Source of the DNA: Cladosporium halotolerans
Taxonomy: Eukaryota
Length of the DNA stretch: 38,234 nucleotides
Assembly (NCBI RefSeq): GCF_011745625.1
Contig: NW_027191493.1
Location: 124,001-162,234, forward strand
Direction: 5' to 3'
Below, one piece after another: positions 21,698 to 30,836 of this stretch. A program made the translations under genes and the position numbers. Numbering within the stretch: position 1 is the stretch's first letter; each line of letters starts with the position of its first letter. The notes below the pieces were generated by a model. It searched no databases. It had not been told where the DNA came from and saw only the letters and a list, made by a program, of their open reading frames with translations.

Positions 21698-22972
21698 ATG
21701 TCCGCTCTCTTTGAGGACTCCAGCCATTCCGAGCGATTCTTCAGCACACTTCCGAGAAGCTCGTCAACAGAAGCCATCCATCTCCGGGTGCTTGAGTGGT
21801 TCTCGGACGACACTGGCGGGTACGCTGACTTCTCCGTCTCTTCGGCCGAGGAGCTTTTCACGCGAGATACCGATGCCAATTGCAATCTGAGGGTCATTTT
21901 CGCACCGTCCCAACCGACCCCGGGATCTTGGGGTGAACAAAGAGCCTTTCAGGCCATCTTCCAATACTACGACGTACCTTCTACGCTCACCTCCGAGTAT
22001 TTTACTAGCCCTGCATACTCGTTTGGGAAGAGACAGGGTCTAAAGGACCCCGAAGTTGATATCGCATGGACACGCTTCCTGTGCAAGGATGTCTTGTCTC
22101 ATCCTGGCGATCGAGATGAACGTGAGCTCAAATTCCATGACAACTTCCTCTGGATTAAATGCATCACACTGCTACACACGCGCAATCGGGAAGACAAGTC
22201 AAGATGCGTGACTATGCTGTGCTTCGGCGCTCCTCAGGCGGTCAGAGAACGCTTCGAGCGTTTGCTAAAAGCTCATGCTTGGATGGACGCGGTGCACGAG
22301 CCGTATATTCTCTTTGCTCTCGTTTTCGAGCAGTGCTTTTTTTTGCTTGACAAAGCAGCTTGGACCCTTGCGACTTGGTTCCGTCCATTGGAGAGGGCGA
22401 CCTTAGATCGCGCCCGCACCGAGGTTTCCGGGGTGGACTGGCGATGGTCGATGGACTTTGCCAAGCTACACGAGATTGCGAAGCACGCTATTTATTTAAA
22501 CGAAGCTGCCACTGCTGCGGTGCTTGAGATGGAAAGCGTTCTTTCGCACCTCCAAGATCCCTCACACCAGACGGATGCCAATCCTTTGATCCAGGCCGCT
22601 ATCTCGCAGCTTCAGTACCAATCTTCGGCTTTCCGCTCGACCCAGCTGAGACTTTCGAGTCTCGACAAGCGCATTGCAAACGTAATAAGCCTTTCTTTCA
22701 ATCTCGTCAATCAGCGTGACAGCCGGCTTTTGAAGCACGACAGCAACGCCATGAAAGCAATCGCACTGTTGACGCTGGTTTTCTTGCCAATGACGGGCAT
22801 TGCAACGCTATTCAGCACCCCGTTCTTTGAGGTAAGAAACGGTCAACTTGTAGTTGCCATGTCCTTTTGGGTTTTCTGGGTTATCTCGGTCTGCCTTACG
22901 CTTGTTGTCGTGGCTGCCTGGTTTTGGTGGTATCATAAAGTCAAACAGCAAGCTGCAGTCGTCAAAAAGTAA
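21698..22972 (+). CDS. Fungal CorA-like Mg2+ transporter-domain protein (divergent, no GMN)
   Basis: Coiled stalk RLSSLDKRIANVISLSFNLVNQRDS...DSNAMKAIALLTLVFLPMTGIATLFSTPFF plus a second TM FWVFWVISVCLTLVVVAAWFWW, typical of the fungal CorA-like family. Confidence 0.8.
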   Translation: MSALFEDSSHSERFFSTLPRSSSTEAIHLRVLEWFSDDTGGYADFSVSSAEELFTRDTDANCNLRVIFAPSQPTPGSWGEQRAFQAIFQYYDVPSTLTSEYFTSPAYSFGKRQGLKDPEVDIAWTRFLCKDVLSHPGDRDERELKFHDNFLWIKCITLLHTRNREDKSRCVTMLCFGAPQAVRERFERLLKAHAWMDAVHEPYILFALVFEQCFFLLDKAAWTLATWFRPLERATLDRARTEVSGVDWRWSMDFAKLHEIAKHAIYLNEAATAAVLEMESVLSHLQDPSHQTDANPLIQAAISQLQYQSSAFRSTQLRLSSLDKRIANVISLSFNLVNQRDSRLLKHDSNAMKAIALLTLVFLPMTGIATLFSTPFFEVRNGQLVVAMSFWVFWVISVCLTLVVVAAWFWWYHKVKQQAAVVKK

Positions 22973-23460
22973 CGGGATTGAGATACGCCTGCGGATCTCG
23001 GAGTCTGATACAGGCTTTGTCAAGGAGCGATTGTAGGGGCTCATGATTTTTTCAACACAAATCTTCGCATCCTTTAGCGGCTACTTGTCGCGCGCCCTCA
23101 GCGTTTGCTTAGCTTAGCCTGCACATACTAAATCTGGCACAATGCAAAATTATCCTGGCACTGCTGGTGACTATCGCCTCGCTGCTTAGCCTTGTTGCCG
23201 TGGACAGCATTGCGGTTGCTTCAGGAAACGCGAGCCGCTCTAAATGCGTTTGGGAACGCCCTAAAACGCTGTGTCATTAACCAGCTTCAAAATGTGTCAG
23301 AGGAGCAGTTTGATCGATCCACTCAATCTCAGTATAGATGTGTGTATGTGCGTCATGCTTTCGAGTCTTGCCGCCCCTATCACTTTACAATAGTACTGCC
23401 TCTCTTGACGACTGCTTCTATATACCGTGCACACAAGCAAAGCTGACATAGAAAGACCAT

Positions 23461-25020
23461 TCAATGCTCAGAATACCAGCCTCGGAGTTGCGAGTGGTCC
23501 TTTCGTAGCGTCGCAGTATCAAGGACACTTCCATTGCCGCTAGCGACAAATTCATGGGTAAGATGGGTAACGTTGTGGAACGTAAGGCGCGACCACCCGT
23601 ACACTGTGTCAAGCGCGAAACGAGAATAGTTCTTTAAGGGTTTCACAAGCGAATCCAGTCCATCGTAATGGCCCGCGGCGCCGTTGGTGATGTACCAGGG
23701 ATATGTCGGATTTTCCAGCTCATTAGCATCGATTTGGTAGTTGTAGAGCGGCGCGTTGCGCTCATAGGCATGAACGTGACCCGACAGAACAAGATCCACA
23801 GAATGATTGAGGAAGAGAGGCTCAAAAACATCCTGGCAATCGAGGCAAACGCTGCTTGATTTGTTCTTGGCGGAGATGTACCACGGGCGATGCCCAGAAA
23901 CGACAATCCACGGTGTTTTCGACCTGTCGACGAGAGCAAGGTCTCGGGCGAGCCAAGTGGTCTGCTGATTCATCTTGGAGCCAAACGGGCCGGAGTCTTC
24001 GTGTTCAGAGCCACCCACTTCGTCCGGTCCAATAAGCCCGTGGCCGAGATCCGTCTCGGTATCAAGCTGGATGAAGTGTGTCATACCGTGATCAAAGGAA
24101 TACCAGAAATTGCCGAGGCCGTTACTCTCCACCGAGGGCATGCGAAAGTGGTTGCGGTAGCCAGTGAAGTTTGTCTGGCCAGGCATGCAGATGCTGTCCG
24201 TGTAGGTGATGTTGTGAACCAAGTCACTTGTGCCACCGTTGTCGCAATTCGCCTCGTGATCGCCAGGACCCACCATGTACGGCTTGGTGGAAGTGATCGG
24301 AGTCATCTCATCATAGAATGCATTGAGAATCCGCTCGTAAGTTTTGACACCATCTGCAACACTGAAATTGGGCAAGTAGCCTTGGATGGACTCCTTAAGC
24401 CAGTAGTCGGCATGAGCGATGTCACCGGCTAGAAACTGTCAGCGGACCAGCACCATGAACACGCTGAGTGCATCAAACTTACGGTGCCATAGAAAATCAA
24501 ATCCGTGAAGCATGCTCTCAAGGGACTCGATGGTGTTGTTTTCACCTGGCTTCAGCGGGACCGCGCCTCCTGTTCCCGCTGATGTCGAGAGCCCAAGAGA
24601 ACCCATCGTACCCATGTCGACAACCACAGCAGCAGTGAATGGAGCATGATCCCCTGCAGCACGGCTCGTGACAAATGTGAACGGGGTGGTTGAGTTGCTG
24701 CACTCTGGTTGATAGTAGTACTTAGTGTTGGGCTTCAGTCCGCCGAGCTTGACGTGGTTGTTGTAGGTGGTCGAAGTACGATAAGTCACCGAGATGTTCG
24801 AGCTGGCTTGCTGATCAAGATGGTCGATGCACTCGCCAAAGTGTACCCGAGGTTGCTCGATGCGCGAGAAGGTATTCCAAGATACATGCATGCCAGTGCT
24901 GCCAGCATATGCCAAGCGTAATTGCATTGGTTTGTGGTCATGGCAGGAGCCATTGTAGGCCACTGTCGATGCTAAGCTGACACCAAGAGGAATCAAAACG
25001 AGGCTGGAAGAAGGCTTCAT
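23461..25020 (-). CDS. Secreted purple acid phosphatase-family metallophosphoesterase with two variant metal ligands; exons 25020-24483 and 24428-23461
   Basis: Signal peptide, FN3-like N-domain (QLRLAY...MHVSWNT...HVKLGGLKPNTKYYY), motifs VVDMG, GDIAHAD, GDHE, VSGHRP and SGHVH, and a C-terminal PAP domain (GAAGHYDGLD, YGWSRLTFHN). Confidence 0.9.
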
Positions 25021-25939
25021 GCTGACGTGCCACGGGCTAATGATTTTGGCAGAGTACTGCGTCACATCGAGCTATATACCTGGACTGTGACTTAGAGGTA
25101 CGACACGGCTGAATGGAGTGCAAATTAACGAGAGGTGACGCTCGCCACGCGTCGGTCAGAGCACACGCTGCCAATAGCTACGCTTGAGACGTGAACGTGC
25201 GTGCGATGTACATACCGCATGCCCTACCGCTTTGGAGGCTTAACGAGAAGCTTGTGAAGCTTGAAGGCACGTGGGCCGCTAGAAATGGGCCAGCCCGTCT
25301 GTTGTGCCGCTCTCCACGTGCCTGCGTTCAGGCTGGATCAAACGATGCCGAGATCCGAACAGCCGTTGCAAACCCGAGATCTCATGAATGTGTACGAGTC
25401 TCTCAAATCTTCGATGTCCACAATCGTTTTACTGACTCTATCATTGCCTGCTCTGCAAGACAGCCAGACCTACAGGTTGGCGTCATGTTTGAGATTCGAG
25501 AATAAGCTATGCTCAGATGGAAATCGAATACGCATGAATGGATTTACAGTAGCGTGCATCGTTACGGTCACACGAACAAAAAGGCAGTCAGCTTATTATG
25601 AATGTATCACCCTACCATTTGTGAGCTTGGTCTACACCTTATCGGGGTCTACACCTCATCGAGTCCAAAGGTGTCACCATATTCCGGCAGTCCAATCAAT
25701 TGTCGTCAATCTTTGTTGGAAGAATTTGTCTGCTCGCCGGCTTTGTGGCAAGTTTCGACGTATGCAGAAGCAAAGCGCTTAGAGGTCAGACAAAGGGAGC
25801 ATAAGGTAGGTTTGGCGAGGCGTGTGACCGTAAAATGAGCTCAAAGTTTACATAGCATCCAGTTCTTGTCTCGCGAGCAAAGCATCAGTTTGATTCATGG
25901 CACCGGAATCACCCCATTCACATCAACTTCTCATTTGAC

Positions 25940-26531
25940 ATGAAGACCTCTAGTGTCCTCCTTAGTCTTGGGACCGTGGCCTACGCCATCAATCTTCGTC
26001 TCTGAGTTTCTAGTAGTGTCTGTCGGGATCATGGTGCGGCACTTCTCTATACCGACTGGCAGCCCGGTGTTAAAGCTGCCTTCCTTAGTCGCGATATATC
26101 TGACTCACTCTGACGACTGAACAGGCATGTTGCGACCGACCCACCGGTGTCTTCATTTCCATCATTCTATGGCACTCCAAGAGAGTGGTTTATTGAAGTT
26201 CGCAGGCATGAAGGCGGCAACTCCGAGCATATCAAAACCTTTGAGGCCATCACGGAGGTAGTCTTCAAGTGTCTGACCAGCGGTCCATACACTGGTGCCG
26301 GGTATGGCTTCCGCTCAAGAAAACGCAACAGTCGTGAAAATCTGGCCATTGCCAATGGTTTAGAGGCGGAGTATGCGTGTTCGACTTATCAGAAGCCAGA
26401 AATTCTCGAAACTGGAGACGCGCAAGGATTTCGCTCGTGAGCTTGTCTGACGTACAGGTATCTGAGTTGGTGAGCAGAGCGCTAAGGGCTCTATTGCGTC
26501 AAATTGCCAGAAGTTCAAGATCAAGGGGTGA
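25940..26531 (+). pseudogene. Degenerate gene for a small secreted Cys-containing (effector-like) protein
   Basis: MKTSSVLLSLGTVAYAINLRL* (TGA 26003-26005), then VSSSVCRD..., a probable intron ending CTGAC...AACAG, ACCDRPTG, and frameshifted FYGTPREWFIEVRRHEGG...CLTSGPYTGAGYGF.RKR...C..QKPEIL...LSDVQVSELV. Confidence 0.55.
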
Positions 26532-27101
26532 AATCGGTCACAGAGGGGTTTCAACCAATGTTAATTTTTTTTTACTGGGATTGCTTCATATTGGTGCTTA
26601 AGTAACTCCATTCGAGGACTTTGCGTTTTTTTCTCTCATTCGAAAGCCAATGAAAATCTTGACAACTCCTTAGAAAGGCCCAAGATCGGTCGTGTGAGTG
26701 CCCGCAAATCGTAGATTCTCCGCCGCGTCATGTTGGCGAATGCCGTATCATGTGCTGAGCTGTGGACACACCAACATAAAAATCGCTCGTCTATCGTTCC
26801 AAATCCGCCATAGATTACTTAGTTGGGCAATTGCATAATTTCTCGTTTCTTGGAACCTGATCTCTTCTTATCGTGTACCAGCGTGAACTCTAAATTCAAC
26901 TATACAGAGTCCAGTCATAATGAAAGATATTGCGGCTACGCACATGCAAAGAAAATGGCGGTGTGGTATACGTGTCCTGCAGTTGGAGATATGGAATCTG
27001 ATAATGTAAGGTAGGTAGACTTGAGATTCACACTTCGCTTTCTCCAGATCTCGCTCGTTCGTCATTAAATTTTTCTGACCCCATACCTCCTAATACCTAC
27101 C

Positions 27102-28730
27102 ATGGTTTCCTACAAGACTCCCTCAAGCAGGCTTGCTCATTATCAGGCTTGGACCAATGCCTGGCTTGCTACCAAGCCATCTGATCTGCCAGCCGAAGAA
27201 TGCTTGTCAATTGTAGAGGCAGAATGCATTATTTGGATACATCAAGAGGAAGGTCTTACGAATCAAGACACCAAGTGGTTGCACAGGCTTGTCGCTTGCT
27301 TCAAAAAAGCCGCAAAAGCCCGAATCATCCGTCTAGGCGGTAGTGTTCCACCATCGTGCGATGAGTGCGACGTGCTGTCCGAGAACTATGATGCCCGGGT
27401 CGAGTGTGGCTGCTCTGGCCTCTACCCTGTACCGAGGACCTTTGGTGCGGCCGAGCTAAAGAGCTGCGGATGCAAGTCAATCGAGCGCATGATTTCAGCA
27501 GGCGAGCTGGTGAACACCAAACAGGATGAATGGAATCGCTCGGTCTTCTTCTCCTCGAAAGGACTGTCCTCAGCTATGACAGAACTCGCGCTCTGCCACG
27601 CGGACATCCAGCCTCGACCTTACACTTGCCTCGGAACCAAAGCTTGGCCTGAAGTTCGAGCACCGGATCGCAAGCCTCATCCTGACAGAGACCTCGACGA
27701 GAGCACCTACAGCGAGCTGTTCCCGACGCATGAGCGCATACGATTGAGCGCAGACGCAAAGCATTTTTTCGCCGTGGCAAGCGGTGCTTCACTGATCGAT
27801 GCCGGGATACAAATGGCCATTTCAGATTCAGGAAACGACATTCTGATCGGGGATTATTGTGACGCAGCCTCCGAAGACTGCCTCATGGCCCTACAGCAGA
27901 TCGGTGCCGCTGCCTTTGCCTTTCTCAAGCTGTGTGTCTACGCCGGCTTGATGACAGACTCGCATTTCGACCACCTCGTGGCGCAGACGATTCAATTCCG
28001 CATCATTAGCTACTGGAGAGACCACGCCCTGTCACGACGCCCTAGCGGCGTGTACGGTAGTCGTATGACAGGGATGGAAGTTCACCGACACATTGACCTA
28101 GGAATGATTGTCGGAATAGTCACCGCCTCGATAGCGACGGGACAGACCTTGACTGCAGAAGAATACAAAGAAGTGGTCGACGCGACCGTCCTCATCAACG
28201 ATCTCATCGACTTTCGTGGCGATACATGGAGGAACCAACGCGAAAATGTTGTCCTTCGTGGAGTCCGAGGATGCTTGTGCAGCTACCTCGACAGCCTACT
28301 GTGCAACTGCATTGGATCTGCCGCGGACTTGGTCTCGCGTGGTGGGATTTTCGCCCTCAACGTCATGTGCTTCTGCAATTGGATGTTGATGAGCTCTGGA
28401 CATAAGCTGTTCGAGACATTCCACGGAACGCACCCATCTGGCGAAGACCAACTATGCCACTATAAGTCAGAAGACAGCGGCGGGTTCGAAGCGCTTCTGG
28501 GAGCTCTTGAGTCGTATGGTACCCTTGGCGAAGATGGTCCCAACATCAATATGAGGAGGAAGGATCTTCAGCTTCGCTATTCCAGGCACCGGCAGACTCC
28601 CGAGACCCACATCAGATGGATGGCGGATGTCGTTCGAATTGTGTTACACCCGAAGACTCTAAGGCGACTTGTCGATGTCGTGCATTACTCTTGGTCTGGC
28701 AAGCTGGGCAAAATTGATTATTGCGCATGA
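27102..28730 (+). CDS. Uncharacterised 542-aa protein with class I isoprenoid synthase/terpene cyclase-like motifs and a Cys-rich N-terminal region
   Basis: Intronless ATG ORF. Acidic motif SDSGNDILIGD, RHIDLG (RxxDxG), NDLIDFRGD followed by ENVV, then NW. Function inferred only. Confidence 0.8.
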   Translation: MVSYKTPSSRLAHYQAWTNAWLATKPSDLPAEECLSIVEAECIIWIHQEEGLTNQDTKWLHRLVACFKKAAKARIIRLGGSVPPSCDECDVLSENYDARVECGCSGLYPVPRTFGAAELKSCGCKSIERMISAGELVNTKQDEWNRSVFFSSKGLSSAMTELALCHADIQPRPYTCLGTKAWPEVRAPDRKPHPDRDLDESTYSELFPTHERIRLSADAKHFFAVASGASLIDAGIQMAISDSGNDILIGDYCDAASEDCLMALQQIGAAAFAFLKLCVYAGLMTDSHFDHLVAQTIQFRIISYWRDHALSRRPSGVYGSRMTGMEVHRHIDLGMIVGIVTASIATGQTLTAEEYKEVVDATVLINDLIDFRGDTWRNQRENVVLRGVRGCLCSYLDSLLCNCIGSAADLVSRGGIFALNVMCFCNWMLMSSGHKLFETFHGTHPSGEDQLCHYKSEDSGGFEALLGALESYGTLGEDGPNINMRRKDLQLRYSRHRQTPETHIRWMADVVRIVLHPKTLRRLVDVVHYSWSGKLGKIDYCA

Positions 28731-28981
28731 TGACAGGGGAATATTGGAATTTCTCAAGTACAAGTATGACCATTCACTCAACTGCAATGTAATTGATGGT
28801 GATAGATCAGGTTGAATGATGGTCTGAAATATCGATCCATCATTGGGTTCCTCACAGGTGCGGATCACTTCTCGATTGTTAGCGTGTGGAACGCAAAAAT
28901 AATAGAAGTTCCCGGCCAGATCGTGCAAAAAGCACCATAGCACATGGTGTTGTGAAGTTTTGCGGTGGCCGAGAAATCTGA

Positions 28982-29632
28982 TCATAAATATATGGAAGCG
29001 ACTTGGAAGTGTATATCCTCTCTCAACCCCTCCATACCGGCTGTGTGCGTGAAGCCCTTTTTGAGGACACTCGTAGCACCTGGAACGGGCTCAAAGCCCA
29101 TTCGTGGCCAGAAGTCTCCAGTCTCTATCCGCGAGTAATTGACAAAAAGCCGCGAACCACCTTTCTCAACCGCCGCTTTCAATATGGCGTCAAGTAGGAG
29201 CCTACTTAGCCCTCGTCTCCTATGTGTTTCATCGACGCAGAAGCAGCATATTTCCCATTCCACGGCTGAGTTGAATGGCGCGGGCGATTGACCGGAGTCA
29301 GTAGGAGAAGATGCAGTCTGACCCTGTCCAACCTCGGCGCTCTTCTCTTTGTTGATCCAGTCGATACCTCTGAACGGTAAGAGGCCGCCGCAAGCTGAAG
29401 GGATGCCGTCGAGCAGTAAGACGGCGAGGTAGCCGTCGACTCCGAGTTCCTCCGCCAGGCGCTCAATGCCGATAATTGGGTTTGGATTGAGACGAGTCCA
29501 AGAGGGTGGAAAAGCCTGGATGTCCTTTCGCTTGAAGGACGAGATGATCATGGAATGCAAGGCCGAAGTCCATGGCTGGCTCGGTAGGGCTGCCGAGGGG
29601 ACAACGGCTATTTCCGGGATGAGCGAGGTCAT
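28982..29632 (-). CDS. GNAT-family N-acetyltransferase
   Basis: ATG at 29632. Acetyl-CoA motif A EICCFCVDETHRRRGLSRLLL and motif B FWPRMGF. Intronless. Confidence 0.85.
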   Translation of the reverse strand: MTSLIPEIAVVPSAALPSQPWTSALHSMIISSFKRKDIQAFPPSWTRLNPNPIIGIERLAEELGVDGYLAVLLLDGIPSACGGLLPFRGIDWINKEKSAEVGQGQTASSPTDSGQSPAPFNSAVEWEICCFCVDETHRRRGLSRLLLDAILKAAVEKGGSRLFVNYSRIETGDFWPRMGFEPVPGATSVLKKGFTHTAGMEGLREDIHFQVASIYL

Positions 29633-30836
29633 GGTTGTGGCGCGAGGCGTCACCAATAGTGCGCGCGTGAGACGGAGTGCTGACGAACAAATGGACCGCG
29701 CTTGTCCGGCGGTCTAGGAATGTCACCTTTGGGCGTCTGATCGCATATAAGTAGATGTTTGGCTGCGATAGTATGAATCACGGAAGCGAGCATGGGCGCA
29801 GACTTGCTTTCGAGTCACCATGTGAGTGTTCAGCTGCGCAGCGCAGTGGAGCACCGGTATCATTGTCATGGTGAAGATGCTGCGCAGGTATGTTGCCAAT
29901 TGTTGGACTCGTTTGCATGTTATGTTACCTTTCGAAGGATCGCAGGCGTCGCGCACTATTGGCCATAAATCTCCTACACACGCCGGCAGTCGCTTAGACC
30001 AGAGGTGTCACCGAGAAGGACAAATCGTTCTCAGTCCTCCTCCGCCTTGGGCTTCCATGGCTCGGATGCCTCGGCAGAGCTATTCTTGTCATAACGGCGC
30101 CGGCTAAGGCGCCACGGCGAGGCTGAGGCGGCGCTGCCGCGGAGGGCGGCGGGCAGAGTCGATAGTCTGCTTCGGCCTTCGCGTCGAGCAGCCTCTGCGG
30201 CGTCTGCGCAGATCTGGTGGAGGATGCAAGTAATAATATTGCCAAGGCGCAGGTGTCGTGCGGAGAATTGATCGAACAGACCGGCTGTCATGCACGCAAT
30301 AAACACACGTGCATACCTACACACAACAGACCGCCGCCTACCGCGTGGCCGGACAAGGCCTTATCCACCTCCACGCCCATCTCCGCTGCAGCCGCTCACT
30401 GCGCCGTGCGTGCGCGTCCGTCCGGTGCCGCAGACGTCATCAGCCTGCGACCGGGCAAACACTGCGGTACCAGAGTGCGTGAGGTAGCTGTTGCTGGTAT
30501 AGTCGCCAGCCGACTCGCTCCGGCCGCGTGCGCTCCATTTGCGAGCACAGAGAGGCTTACCTGAGCTGCCCCAGGCTCTTCACTACCTTATCCAACCTCT
30601 TGCGCCCCTCCGCAGACCTCGTCTCTTACTTGCGCGCTGCTTTCCGTTCTGACTCGCCGTCTCGGCCTGAGACATGAAAGCCTTGTGATGACTCTGCGCT
30701 GACTGGAGGCTACAAATCGCCCTGCGCTGTCTGTACCCTGAAGAACCTGGACCGCGGGCTCTCATTAGAACGACAACAGATCACCGGGACTGTCAAGGCC
30801 GGTGTCGCATGCTGCCTGAGACCCGCGTGAGACAAA

